From Alphaproteobacteria bacterium (GTDB taxonomy: Bacteria > Pseudomonadota > Alphaproteobacteria > MPNO01 > UBA830): DNA of 64,000 nucleotides. Every line of letters begins with the position of its first letter. Positions within the stretch are counted from its first letter, which is position 1. Made by a program: the position numbers and the translations under genes. Positions 39,778 through 50,146 of the stretch are shown piece by piece. The stretch is from NCBI GenBank assembly GCA_965243135.1, contig OZ251539.1, forward strand, positions 4,704,001-4,768,000, given 5' to 3'. The notes beneath the pieces are model-generated. The model had not been told where the DNA came from. It searched no databases and was given only the letters and a program-made list of their open reading frames with translations.

Positions 39778-40518
39778 TCAGCCCGATTTCCGCAGCGCCT
39801 GTCTTTCCGCCAGCTCCGCCGTCGACTTGGCCGTCTGGCCGTAGAGCAGTTCGCGCTGCCGTTCGGTCGGCGGCGCGTTGCGGCGCAGATCCTTGCCGAG
39901 GTCGACGGCCCGCCGCACGGCCGGGCGTTCCTTGATCGCCTGGCGCCACCGGGTCACGTTGGGAAATTCGTCGAGCGGCTGTCCCATCGCCTTCGCGATC
40001 AGCACCCAGGGCCAGCTCGCCATGTCGGCAATCGAATACGTCTCTCCGGCGAGATACTCCCGGCCCTCCAACCGGCGCTCCAAAACGCCGATGCAACGGT
40101 TGTATTCGTTTGCGTAACGGGTCTTGGAATAGGCCTCGTCGCCCGGCGCGTAATTGACGAAGTGGCTGAACTGTCCCGCCATGGGCCCCAGATTGCCCAC
40201 CTGCCAGAAGAGCCACTCGAGAACTTCCTTTCGGTCCGGCGGGCGGTCCGGCATGAAACGTCCGCTGCTCTCCGCCAGATGCAACAGAATGGCGCCCGAT
40301 TCGAAAACCGACGTCGGTCCCTTCCCGTACTTCGCCGGGGGGTCGCGATCGACGATGGCCGGCATCCGGTTGTTCGGACTGATCGCGAGAAACTCCGGCG
40401 CGAACTGTTCGCCTTTCCCGATATCGACCGGAATCATGCGGTATTCGATGCCGCATTCCTCCAGCATGATCGCGACCTTCCACCCGTTGGGCGTGGGCCA
40501 GTAGTAGAAGTCGATCAC
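39778..40518 (-). CDS. GST-family disulfide oxidoreductase (YfcG-like)
   Basis: WPTPNGWK, ISPNNRMPAIVD, FESGAIL. Confidence 0.88.
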   Translation of the reverse strand: MIDFYYWPTPNGWKVAIMLEECGIEYRMIPVDIGKGEQFAPEFLAISPNNRMPAIVDRDPPAKYGKGPTSVFESGAILLHLAESSGRFMPDRPPDRKEVLEWLFWQVGNLGPMAGQFSHFVNYAPGDEAYSKTRYANEYNRCIGVLERRLEGREYLAGETYSIADMASWPWVLIAKAMGQPLDEFPNVTRWRQAIKERPAVRRAVDLGKDLRRNAPPTERQRELLYGQTAKSTAELAERQALRKSG

Positions 40519-41729
40519 GCTTCCGCGCTCCGTTCGCGCGTTCCGGCGGCGACGCCCTCGCCGAACAGATCGGAGATTTCCGATGCGCTGAAGCCCGCCT
40601 CGGCCAGGATTTCCCCGGTATGCTCGCCGAGCGAGGGACCGCCGCGGCGCAGCGCGGTCGGGGTTTCGGAGAATCGCGCCGCGGGCCTGGCCTGGCGCGT
40701 GCGTCCGGCTGCGGGGTGGTCGAATTCGACGACGATGCCGTTGGCGGCGGTTTGCGGATGAAGCATAGCTTGCGACCGCGTCAGCACCGGAGCGCAGGGA
40801 ACGTCCTCCGCTTCGAGCCGGGCGAGCCAGTCGGCGGAACCGCGCCGGCGCAGCGCGTCCTGCGTCAGGTCGAGGCGGTCGTCGATATTCCGCTGGCGCA
40901 GGGCGGGCGTGCGGAAGCGCGGATCTTCGAGCCATTCCGGCTTTTCGAGGGCTCTCGTCAACGCGGTCCACTCCTTGTCGGTTTGCACCGCGACGCTGAT
41001 GTATCCGTCGGCGGTCTCGTAGATCAGATCGATGAAGCTTGCCGCCCGCTGCTGGGGAATAGGCTCGTCCACGAAGGTCTGGCTTCCCATGTCGGACCCC
41101 CACAGAAAGGCCATGATCGCGTCCAGCATCGACAGGCGGACATGCTGGCCGCGTCCGGTGCGCTCGCGAGACAGCAGGGCGGCGGTGATCGCCTGCGCCG
41201 CCACCGTGCCAGTCAGCTTGTCCGGGAGGATCGTGCGCACCAGTTTCGGCCGTTCGCCGTCCGATCCCGCCTGAACGCTGGCCAGTCCCGACAACGCCTG
41301 GATCAGGGGGTCGTAGACAGGTTTCGCGGCGTAAGGACCGGTTTCTCCGAAGCCGCAGATCGAGACGTAAACGATCCGCTTCGCCGCCTCGCGAATCGCC
41401 GCCTCGCCGATTCCCATGCGTTCAGCCACGCCCGGGCGGAAATTCTGGACGAACACGTCGGCGCCGGCGGCGAGGCGGATCAGCGCTTCCTTCCCCTCGG
41501 GGCGCTTCAGGTTCAGCGCCACCGACCGCTTGTTGCGGTTGTTGTTGAGAAAGGCCGCCGCGACGCCATTTCGCGCATTGGCTCCCGCTCGCGTGTAGTC
41601 GCCGCCCGCGGGATTTTCCACCTTGATCACGTCCGCGCCCTGGTCGGCGAGCAGCATGGTCGCAGACGGTCCCGAAACCATCGAGGTCACGTCGACAATC
41701 CGGATACCGTCCAAAGGGCCGTTCATCAT
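40515..41729 (-). CDS. CaiB/BaiF class III CoA-transferase
   Basis: GPLDGIRIVD, LADQGADVIKVE, NRNKRS, QNFRPGV. Confidence 0.92.
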   Translation of the reverse strand: MMNGPLDGIRIVDVTSMVSGPSATMLLADQGADVIKVENPAGGDYTRAGANARNGVAAAFLNNNRNKRSVALNLKRPEGKEALIRLAAGADVFVQNFRPGVAERMGIGEAAIREAAKRIVYVSICGFGETGPYAAKPVYDPLIQALSGLASVQAGSDGERPKLVRTILPDKLTGTVAAQAITAALLSRERTGRGQHVRLSMLDAIMAFLWGSDMGSQTFVDEPIPQQRAASFIDLIYETADGYISVAVQTDKEWTALTRALEKPEWLEDPRFRTPALRQRNIDDRLDLTQDALRRRGSADWLARLEAEDVPCAPVLTRSQAMLHPQTAANGIVVEFDHPAAGRTRQARPAARFSETPTALRRGGPSLGEHTGEILAEAGFSASEISDLFGEGVAAGTRERSAEA

Positions 41730-41870
41730 TGCCTACATATATTGCGTCGCGGGCCGCCATCCAAGGAAAATTTGTCCGGCGGGTCCCCGTTCGCTGCCGG
41801 GCCGGCCGCGCCTACGCTCGGCCGACAAGCCGATTGCAGCCATGCCCGCATATTTCCGGCGGATCTGCGG

Positions 41871-42164
41871 TCATCGCCGACGAGGCCCGCGACTGCCGCC
41901 TTTCGGCATGTCGTCGAAGCCAAGCGAGCCGAAACAAGCGGCGCTCGCCGGGACTTGGACTCCGGCTGCGAATGCAACATTGCGGAGCGTTTCTTCCGCA
42001 AGATCGATGAATGAAGCGTCGGTGGGCGTTCGATTTCGCAATGAATGCAACTGATTGGCTTTGCGAAGAACCGACTCGAGAATCGAGTCCGGATACCGGT
42101 CTTCAGTCTCCTGCACGGAGATGAACAGGCCTTCTCCGGTCTTCCAAAGACGACTCGTTTTCAT
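41871..42164 (-). CDS. Small hypothetical protein, possible toxin partner
   Basis: Protein-like ORF in frame with and directly behind the HicB-like gene. Confidence 0.35.
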   Translation of the reverse strand: MKTSRLWKTGEGLFISVQETEDRYPDSILESVLRKANQLHSLRNRTPTDASFIDLAEETLRNVAFAAGVQVPASAACFGSLGFDDMPKGGSRGPRRR

Positions 42165-42224
42165 GAGAGTTCTTGCAGGCTCAAGCCCGTCGCGCTCAAG
42201 TTCGGACCAAAATTCCTTTTCCGA

Positions 42225-42524
42225 TTACGCAGTGAACTGCGTAGCCGCGCTCCCGGTCGGCACCGTCAACCATGGATAGTCATGGGCATCGCGCGCTTCG
42301 CGGTAGGCTCCCTCAATCACCTCGACCTCGACACCGAATTGCGCCTTGTACAGAGCCTTGATGGTGATCGGCACATCCTCAAATACGGCCGAGACGTCCG
42401 GATTAGCCACGTAAAGCCCCGGCAAGTCGGAACTCCTCGCCTCATACCAGCCATTGCGATCGCGTCGAACGGCGACTCGGACGACCTCTACGGGGCTCGT
42501 CGGAGCGACGTTGTCCTTGATCAT
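42225..42524 (-). CDS. HicB/DUF1902-like small protein
   Basis: GWYEARSSDLPGLYVANPD...VFEDVPITIKALY resembles the HicB N-terminal fold. Confidence 0.55.
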   Translation of the reverse strand: MIKDNVAPTSPVEVVRVAVRRDRNGWYEARSSDLPGLYVANPDVSAVFEDVPITIKALYKAQFGVEVEVIEGAYREARDAHDYPWLTVPTGSAATQFTA

Positions 42525-42792
42525 GCTTTCACCCCCATGCTGCATTCTTCGGCTTTCCGACGGTCCGGGAACGCTGTGCGCGATTCCAGTCTCCGAAGGC
42601 GACATCGGTTGACTACCCTCGTGGCGGGCCCTCTCGCCGGTTGTAGGCAGCCGGTAGCCCGACCAATCGTGTTGGCTCGCCGCTTCTGACCGTATGGTTA
42701 AGGTAGCACCGGCGAATTCCGATTTCAATCGGCGATCGCTCGCAATCGAACGACGCAAAGTCAATATTTGGAAACGAATTCGACGATTTATA

Positions 42793-43735
42793 GGGCGCGT
42801 ACGTCAAATTTGTTGCGCTATCCGCCGTTCCCAAAAAAAAACCCTCGAAGCGCCCATTGAGCATGGAACATCGACGTCCGCACCCCGAACGGTCCACCGT
42901 TTCCGTTTCAACTGGCTGCCGACAGTTGCAACCGGCCTCGGCGACGCCGGAGGACAAACGGTGCGCACGGAACTTTGCGTATGCGCCCGCGTGCGCATGG
43001 CAGCGGGGGAAAACGAGGTTTCCCAGCTCCCGGCCCCGCGGGCGAATCCCGGTGTTGCAGGCGTTGCAGCGGTAGTACGCCCGGTCGAGCTTCGCCCAAC
43101 GCCGTTGCGAAGGTTTTCGGGTGCCGGCCCGTGGACTTCTCCTCCATGTGACGCGCGATTGAAGGTCCAACGCGGTCGGAACGGTTGGACCGATTGGCAA
43201 CGGCGCGGGCGACGGTCTCCGTCCGCGTCGCCGCGGTTTCGACAGCCTTCCCGTCATCCCGTCTCCGACCAAGCGGTTTATCGACGCTTCCGCCGCGGCC
43301 TCGAAAGTCTTTTCACTTCGTCGCCGCGAGCCAATCGCGCATCGCATATCCGATCGCTTACCTCGATCAATTGCTGGACCAGTTCGCGAAGCCGCTTGTA
43401 CTCCTCAATCTGCACACGGGTCTGAGCTTCCGCGGTAGCGGGAATGGATCTGCATCGCGTCTTGCCGTTCACCTTTCGAGTCAGTTGAAGGTACGGCCCA
43501 TGTCCCGGCCCCTTCGCGCAATGGCAACCGGGTTTGCCGCATTTGCGGAATTGGGCGGTCAGGGAACCTTGGCGAAGGTCTCCGATTTCGGACAACTGAC
43601 GGAGAACGTCGGCGCGATGTTGCAGAAGGATTTCCAAGTCTTGGGGCGTGGGCATGGCGCATCCTGTATGCGGCATACAGAAAACGTAGGCTCTCTCTAG
43701 CGTCAATTCAAATCTCAAGAAATTGACGTACGCCC
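42793..43735 (-). mobile_element. Internally deleted ISKra4-like element with DUF6788 gene
   Basis: Imperfect IRs GGGCGCGTACGTCAAATTT and AAATTGACGTACGCCC; transposase fragments LDRAYYRCNACNTG..PR and RFE.FFWERR. Confidence 0.6.
43278..43656 (-). CDS. DUF6788-like IS accessory protein
   Basis: GSLTAQFRKCGKPGCHCAKGPGHGPY...KVNGKT; exact start approximate. Confidence 0.75.
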
Positions 43736-44103
43736 AATGTACTGCGTTCATTTGAACTAATACGCAAAATACGGCGCACTGAAGGATAGAGCGCTGTATG
43801 CTGCAAGCGGTTTCCGCCATGCGTAGAGACTTCGCACCCTTCGCACCCCGCAAGGAGGCCGGATTTTTTTTGGCGGCGGCGCTCGACCAGCTGGCGCTGG
43901 ACAGGCCCGCTTGGTCGCCTCGAAGCAGAACCATGGAGCCGTGAAATTCCGACCGAGCGTCTCGGCGCTGGCCGAAGACCTTTGCCATTCGCTCGAAACC
44001 GCGCGGGATTCCGTTCTCCCGAAATCCCGTATATTTAGGGTTCGGCCTTTCGGCGATTCGCCGAACAACGGTCGGTTCTGCGCGTCCGGGATTTTCCGCC
44101 TCG

Positions 44104-45078
44104 TTACCGAGGCGGTCTTCTCGGAGCGCCCGTCCGGAGTCGAACGGAAACGGTGCGGAACCTCCCGGCCAGCGCGCCGTAGCGCGGGGCCGCAATCATT
44201 GCCGCCGCCTGAAGCGCGCCCGCGACGACCGCAATCATCCCGGCCGCGCTCAACGAGCTTTCGCTTTGCCAGAGCCGGGGGCCGAACGCCGCCGCCGCGT
44301 AGCCGACCGTCCCGGCCAGGACCGCCGCTGCGACGCTGAGCAGGACTTGGCGCGACAGTCTGTCGGTCAGCATCCGCGCGGTCGCTGCGGGACAAACGAA
44401 CATGGCCACGACAAGAAGCGAGCCGACCGCTTCGAACGCCGCCACGGCCGCAAGCGCCGTCGCGACGGTCAGCCCCGCGGAAATCGCGCGCGCCGGCAGG
44501 CCGAGCGCGGCGGCCAATTCCGGATCGAAGGCGGTCAGTTTCAGTTCCTTGAAGAACGCGGCGGCCATGAGCGCCATCGCGAGGGCGACCGCAGCCAAAG
44601 CGACCAAGGGACGCGGGAGCCGAGCCAGCGCCTCGGCGCTCGTCGCGTCGTCCCATGTCGCGACGCCCAACCACAGCGTGGATTCGAGGTTGCCGTAGAG
44701 CGCGTGATCGGCATCCAGATGCACGTCCGCCGCGTCCGCCTGTTCGAGGAGAAGGATGCCGGCCGCGAACATGACGGTGAAGACCACGCCCATTGCCGCG
44801 CCCGCTTCCATTCTTCCCGCTCTCCGTATCGCTTCGGACAGCGCGGCCGCGAACGCCGCGGCTCCCATCGCGCCGAGCATCAACGGCAACGTCGCGAGGG
44901 CGCCTGCCGCCAGGAACCCGACGACGATGCCGGGCAGCACCGCATGGGAGACGGCGTCCCCGAGCAGCGCTTGCCGGCGCAGGACCAGGAAATTACCCGG
45001 AAGCGCGCAGCAAACCGCCGCCAGAACCGCCGTCAGCGCCGCCGGGAGATCGACCGTCAGAAAATCCTCGACGGTCAT
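44104..45078 (-). CDS. Mn/Zn/Fe ABC transporter permease (TroD-like)
   Basis: LVLRRQALLGDAVSHAVLPG, FKELKLTAFD. Confidence 0.9.
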   Translation of the reverse strand: MTVEDFLTVDLPAALTAVLAAVCCALPGNFLVLRRQALLGDAVSHAVLPGIVVGFLAAGALATLPLMLGAMGAAAFAAALSEAIRRAGRMEAGAAMGVVFTVMFAAGILLLEQADAADVHLDADHALYGNLESTLWLGVATWDDATSAEALARLPRPLVALAAVALAMALMAAAFFKELKLTAFDPELAAALGLPARAISAGLTVATALAAVAAFEAVGSLLVVAMFVCPAATARMLTDRLSRQVLLSVAAAVLAGTVGYAAAAFGPRLWQSESSLSAAGMIAVVAGALQAAAMIAAPRYGALAGRFRTVSVRLRTGAPRRPPR

Positions 45079-45998
45079 CGCGTTTCGCGTTTCGCCGGTT
45101 CGGGCGACGGCGAACCGCCGGCTGCCGCGGTCCGCAAACGGCGGACGTTGCGAGGGACGACGCCGCGCGGCGCGAACAGCAGACTGACGGCGAATATCGC
45201 GCCGGCGGCGAGAACGATCACGGAGCCGGTCGGCACGTTCGGAAAGGCTGCCGAAAGGATCCCTCCGACGCCTCCCGCGAATCCGCCGAAGAAGCCGGAT
45301 ATCGCGATCATGCGCCCGAGCCGGTCGGTCCAGAAACGCGCAGCCGCCGGCGGTATGACGACGAGGGCCACGATCAGCACCAGTCCGGCCGTCTTCAGCC
45401 CGATGGCGACGACTGCGAGCAGCAGGCCCAGCATGATCCGGTCGATCATGGCCACGTTCCAGCCCAACGAGGCTGCGAAATCCTCGTCGAACGCGACCGC
45501 GCCGAACTCCTTGAGAAGAAGGACCGAAGCGGTTGCAACGGCGACCGATGCGCCGCCGATCAGCAACGCCTCGCCGGACGACAGCGCCGCCGCCGAACCG
45601 AGAAGAAAACTGCCGAGACCGGCGCGTCCGCTCGCTTCCAGCGTCTGGATATGGGTCAGCAGCACCACGCCCAGTCCGAAGGAGACGCCGAGCACGGAAG
45701 CGATCGCCGTATCTTCCGGAAGCCGCGTGTTGTCCCGGATCCATTGCACGGCGAGAAGGCCGGTCGCGCCGGCTACGGCCGCGCCGAGCGTCAGCGCGCC
45801 GAGGTCGCGCCCCGTGCCGCCGAGCCAGAAGGCGACCAGAAACCCGAGCGCGATCCCGGGGAGGGTCGCATGGCCGATGGCTTCGGAGATCAGGGCCCGG
45901 TTGCGGAGATACGGGAAGACGCCGACGACTCCGGCGCCGGCCCCGAGCGAAACGACGCCCATCAGTACGACCGCGGTGTTGTACCCCGCGAACGACAT
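45075..45998 (-). CDS. Mn/Zn/Fe ABC transporter permease (TroC-like)
   Basis: YNTAVVL, HATLPGI, IPPAAARFWT. Confidence 0.9.
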   Translation of the reverse strand: MSFAGYNTAVVLMGVVSLGAGAGVVGVFPYLRNRALISEAIGHATLPGIALGFLVAFWLGGTGRDLGALTLGAAVAGATGLLAVQWIRDNTRLPEDTAIASVLGVSFGLGVVLLTHIQTLEASGRAGLGSFLLGSAAALSSGEALLIGGASVAVATASVLLLKEFGAVAFDEDFAASLGWNVAMIDRIMLGLLLAVVAIGLKTAGLVLIVALVVIPPAAARFWTDRLGRMIAISGFFGGFAGGVGGILSAAFPNVPTGSVIVLAAGAIFAVSLLFAPRGVVPRNVRRLRTAAAGGSPSPEPAKRETR

Positions 45999-46000
45999 GT

Positions 46001-46741
46001 TCAGGCGCCGTCGGTCCGGAACGTCGGCAGGCGGCCGCCATAGGCGGCCTGAAGCGCGCGTTCGGTCATCGCGTCGCGAACGGTGCCGACCGCGTAAGGA
46101 CGCACGTTCAGAACGAGCGCATGGTCGAAGTACTCCGCGACGGTGCGCAGGTCGTGATGCACGCAGACGATCGCCGCGCCCGCGTCGCGCATCCCGCGCA
46201 TGAGATCGACGATCGTTCGTTCGGTTGCCGCATCGACGCCGGCGAAAGGCTCGTCCATCAGGTAGAGGCGCGCCTCCTGAGCGAGCGCGCGCGCAAAGAA
46301 GACGCGCTGCTGCTGGCCGCCCGAGAGCTGGCCGATCTGCCGGTCGGCGAAGGCGGCCATGCCTACGCGGTCAAGAAGGGTTCTCGCGGCGTCGCGATGC
46401 CGCCGCCGCACCGGCCGGCACCAACCGATCTTGCGGTACAGGCCCATAGCGACGACATCCAGCGCCGACGCGGGAAAATCCCAATCCACGCTGTTCCGTT
46501 GCGGGACGTAGGCGACGACGCTTCCGGATTCGCGCGGCGTTCGGCCGAAGATGCGGGTTTCGCCCGCAAGTCGCGGCACGAGTCCGAGCGCCGCCTTGAG
46601 CAGGGTCGACTTGCCCGCGCCGTTGGGTCCGACGATTGCGCTCAGCGAGCCCGCCGGCACGTCGTAGTCGACGTCGCGGATCGCGGTCCGGTCGCGATAG
46701 GCGACGGCCAGGCCGCGAACCGAGAGGGCGGCGGCCGTCAC
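46001..46741 (-). CDS. Metal ABC transporter ATP-binding protein (TroB-like)
   Basis: GPNGAGKST, YVPQR, LSGGQQQR, MDEPFAGVD. Confidence 0.93.
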   Translation of the reverse strand: MTAAALSVRGLAVAYRDRTAIRDVDYDVPAGSLSAIVGPNGAGKSTLLKAALGLVPRLAGETRIFGRTPRESGSVVAYVPQRNSVDWDFPASALDVVAMGLYRKIGWCRPVRRRHRDAARTLLDRVGMAAFADRQIGQLSGGQQQRVFFARALAQEARLYLMDEPFAGVDAATERTIVDLMRGMRDAGAAIVCVHHDLRTVAEYFDHALVLNVRPYAVGTVRDAMTERALQAAYGGRLPTFRTDGA

Positions 46742-46743
46742 GT

Positions 46744-47661
46744 TCAGCGCCGGATCGACGCGTATTGTCCCGCCGCGCCGCCGAGCGCGCGCACGATCGT
46801 GCCGACGTTATGGTCGAACATGCCCAGATAGGTCGCCGCGCGTCCGTCGCCGAGCGCGTCCGAATACAATGCGCCGCCGACGCGAACCGCGTGCCCCCGG
46901 GCGGCGGCCCCCTCGATCAAGGCCGTCGCGCCGCGATCCGATACGCTGGTTTCGACGAAGATCGCGCCGATTCGCCGTTCCGCCAGCGCGTCGACGAGTT
47001 CTTCGATCTTGCGGATCCCGGCTTCGCTTTCGGTGCTGACGCCCTGGATGGCCAGCACGTCGATGCCGTAGGCCCTTCCGAAGTACCCGAAGGCGTCGTG
47101 CATGGTCACCAGCGCCCGGGCGCGCGCCGGTATCGATGCGACGGCCGCGCGCGACCGCGCGTCCAGATCCTTCATTTTCGCGAAATACGCGGACGCGTTC
47201 CTCCGATAGATCGGCGCGTTGTCCGGATCGACGTCTTCCAGCGCGCCGACCGCCGCGTCGAGAGCGCGCATCCACAGCATCGGGTCCATCCAGACATGCG
47301 GGTCGAGCGTTCTGCCGCTCCGCCGCAGCAACCCTGTCCCGGTCAGCGACTCCGCGACGGCGACGACCGGTTTGCGGCGCGAGAAGCGCGCCATCATGTC
47401 CTGCATCTGGGCTTCGAGATGCAGGCCGTTGTAGAGGATCAGGTCGGCGCGGGTCAGGCGGAGGACGTCGGCGCGGGTCAGGCGGTAGAGATGAGGGTCG
47501 ACTCCCTTGCCCATCAGGGTCTGCACGCGCGCTTTGCCGTCGGCGATGACGCGCAGCGGCTCGCCGATCTGCGCAATGGTGACGACGACGCTCTTCATGG
47601 CCGCCGCGCCCGGCGCGACGGCGAGAAACGCTGCGAATGCCAGCAAAACGGCCCGTTTCAT
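46744..47661 (-). CDS. Metal ABC transporter substrate-binding protein (TroA-like)
   Basis: GVDPHLY, DPHVWMD, HDAFGYF, LYSDALG. Confidence 0.92.
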   Translation of the reverse strand: MKRAVLLAFAAFLAVAPGAAAMKSVVVTIAQIGEPLRVIADGKARVQTLMGKGVDPHLYRLTRADVLRLTRADLILYNGLHLEAQMQDMMARFSRRKPVVAVAESLTGTGLLRRSGRTLDPHVWMDPMLWMRALDAAVGALEDVDPDNAPIYRRNASAYFAKMKDLDARSRAAVASIPARARALVTMHDAFGYFGRAYGIDVLAIQGVSTESEAGIRKIEELVDALAERRIGAIFVETSVSDRGATALIEGAAARGHAVRVGGALYSDALGDGRAATYLGMFDHNVGTIVRALGGAAGQYASIRR

Positions 47662-47711
47662 GGATTTATCCGAACAGTGATCTTCCGCAAAGGTAATCTA
47701 GGATTCATCTG

Positions 47712-47771
47712 AAACTTTGCAAGGGCTAAATTTATAAAGTCCGGCTAATTTAGTTAGCAGCAGCTAACTTT
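47712..47771. promoter_or_regulatory. Two MntR-box-like palindromes upstream of the metal ABC operon
   Basis: AAACTTTGC-AAGG-GCTAAATTT (47712-47733) and AGTTAGC-AGCA-GCTAACT (47752-47769), like the E. coli MntR box AAACATAGC-N4-GCTATGTTT. Confidence 0.65.
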
Positions 47772-48163
47772 TTGCCGGAAAGGACGACGTCCTCCGGGGC
47801 CGCGCGCCGGTCCGGCTGTCGCTGCCGCGCTTCGGGTCGAAGAAGGGCCGGACAATGGCGAAGCGCGGGCCGTTTCAACCGGAAGGGGTTCGCGCGAACC
47901 AGTCAACCGGACGCCCGCAGCTGGCTTCCGCACCGCGAGCGCCGGGCGAGAACGGCGGGTTGCTTCTTCTGCGCCCGGAGCGCGTTTCGAGCGGAGACGG
48001 AAAACGCGGACGCCGCGTTCGAAGCGAAGGCGACGGAATCGCCGCCGCTCCGGTTCTCGATTTCGCGCGGCGGCCTCGAGAGCCGGACGACCGCGGCCGG
48101 CGGCCGCGCGCTGGAGGGGATCGTTCGGCGGAAACGCTCGCGGTCCGGCAGCCGGGGCCGAAC

Positions 48164-48460
48164 CTACAATTTTTCGACCAGTTTGCGGGCCTGATCGGCA
48201 ACGTCGGGCGGCACCCGCCAAGAATTGATTATCGTGATCAAGGCATCCTTTTCCCGACCGGCCTTGAAAATGGCCTTCGCGCAGCTTGCGCGCAATTTGC
48301 GCGACGCTTCGGCATAGCCGGGTTCCCTAGATTCCAGCAACTCCGCGGTTTCGTCGACCGACCGGGCCGACGGGAAAGATTCCTTGAACAATTCGAAATG
48401 CTTCACGAAGAAAACCTTGCCGATTTGCCTCAAGTGCCTGTCGATCTGCTTGTCTTCCAT
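48164..48460 (-). CDS. Small hypothetical protein (98 aa)
   Basis: Protein-like composition, GGAGA SD, AT-richer than flanks. Confidence 0.6.
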   Translation of the reverse strand: MEDKQIDRHLRQIGKVFFVKHFELFKESFPSARSVDETAELLESREPGYAEASRKLRASCAKAIFKAGREKDALITIINSWRVPPDVADQARKLVEKL

Positions 48461-48789
48461 TGAAGAGGTCTCCCGCGCAAATTTTCCGCGATTCCGCCGG
48501 GACGAGTCCGGTCGTCCGACGATCGATGGTCCGCGGATTCATACAATATCCTCGCCCGTCCCGGAAATCGGGCGAACCGGGAAATGACAGGCGCCGCCGG
48601 GCGGCGGCGAACGCGCGCTCTCGGACGCTCTTCGGGAGTCGCAAGGCGGAGCTGTCCGCGGCGGACGGTTCGGCGTCGCCGTCCGCCGAGAAGCCTTCCG
48701 GCGCTTCGGGGCGATGGGCGGCTTCCCGCGGCCCGGCCCGTTCGCGGCGGGGCGCGCCGCCTCCCGACGCCGTCGCGCCGGCCGCGAAA

Positions 48790-49161
48790 TCACGCGAGTT
48801 TACGGTATCTCGGATTGTCTTCGGCGAGCCGCGCCAGAACGTCGTTGCGCAGTAGCGCCGCCGCGCGGGGATCGTCGTCCAGCGCTCCGGAGCGCAAGTC
48901 GGCCGCGAAGCGCCGGTTCAGACGGTCGAGCGCGTCCTCGTCGCTCTCTTCTTCCCGCGCGCCGTACAGCTCCTCCAACGCCCGCCGTTCGCCGGGCCAC
49001 GGAGTCGGGCCTCCTTCCGTTTCCCGCCGGGCGATGCCGACGGCGGAGGCGACCAGCGCGACATTGTAGCGCTGGCGAACGGACAGGTCGGCGGCGATCT
49101 CCTCGGCGAGGGTCTTGCCGACGATGTCCAGCAGTTCGGCTGCGCGGGGCCGGTCGCGCAT
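48790..49161 (-). CDS. DUF6285-like protein
   Basis: MRDRPRAAELL...RLAEDNPRY, the usual partner downstream of APH-family genes. Confidence 0.7.
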   Translation of the reverse strand: MRDRPRAAELLDIVGKTLAEEIAADLSVRQRYNVALVASAVGIARRETEGGPTPWPGERRALEELYGAREEESDEDALDRLNRRFAADLRSGALDDDPRAAALLRNDVLARLAEDNPRYRKLA

Positions 49162-50144
49162 CACGCCGCGCCCGTCAGCCTGAGGCATTCGTATTCGAGC
49201 TCGGCAAGCTTGCGGCCGATCAGCGCCAACTCGAGGTTCGGCTCGGCGCCCGACCGGTGGCGCATCGCCTGATGAAGCGCGATGATCGCCCAGCGGACAT
49301 GCGCGATAGTTTCCCACCACCGGATCGTTTCCGCGTCCGTGGCGCGGCCCGACGCGCTTTCGTAGGCGCGGTAGAACTCGTCCCTGTCGGCGATGCCGCC
49401 CGCTTCGCGCTCGGGCGCCGAAAACCGCCAGCACCGCGCGCAGAACCAGGCGAGATCCTCGTGCGGATCGCCCCATCCCGCGAACTCCCAATCGAGGACG
49501 CCGGTCACGCGGTCGCCGTCGGCCATGTAGTTGCCGGTACGGAAGTCGCGGTGGCACAGGACGATTTCGCGCGCCGCCGGAGCCCTCGCTTCCAGTCGCC
49601 GAAGGGTCCATTCGAGGGCGGGGTGCGGTTCCGAAGCCTCGTCCAGGTATCTCCGGTACTTCGCGACCGCCTCCAGCGCCGGAGAGGAGGGGGCGGGACC
49701 GAGGAAGCCGAGCGCATCGTTCGGCGGCGCGATCGCGTGAATCCGCGCGAGCTCTTCCCCGAGCCGGACGGCGAGGCCGGGCCGCGGTCCGCCGCGGGTG
49801 ATCCGCGTCGCCATCGATTCGCCGAATACCCGGCGCATCACGTAGAAGGGCTTGCCGTTCACCGCCGGATCGGCGCAATGCCACAACGGCTCGGGCACGG
49901 TGACTCCCGCCGCCGCCGCCGTCTCGAGAAGCGCGAACTGCTGGCCGAGCGGGCGGCTTTCCGGCACCGCCGCCGCAGGCTCCGAACGCAGCACGAATCG
50001 CTGCCGGCCCGCGAACGGCCCGCCTTCGAAGACCGCCGTCAGCGCCCGGTTTTCCTGTATCGCGCCGCCGACGAGCCGTTCCTCTTCCTCGACGACGACG
50101 CGGTCGGCGCGCGCCGCCTCGCGCAGGAACGCCGCCAGCGGCAC
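49161..50144 (-). CDS. APH-family phosphotransferase (ACAD10-like kinase domain)
   Basis: GGAIQEN, PFYVMRRV, LCHRDFRTGN, LDWEFAGWGDP; start approximate. Confidence 0.88.
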   Translation of the reverse strand: MPLAAFLREAARADRVVVEEEERLVGGAIQENRALTAVFEGGPFAGRQRFVLRSEPAAAVPESRPLGQQFALLETAAAAGVTVPEPLWHCADPAVNGKPFYVMRRVFGESMATRITRGGPRPGLAVRLGEELARIHAIAPPNDALGFLGPAPSSPALEAVAKYRRYLDEASEPHPALEWTLRRLEARAPAAREIVLCHRDFRTGNYMADGDRVTGVLDWEFAGWGDPHEDLAWFCARCWRFSAPEREAGGIADRDEFYRAYESASGRATDAETIRWWETIAHVRWAIIALHQAMRHRSGAEPNLELALIGRKLAELEYECLRLTGAA

Positions 50145-50146
50145 GG

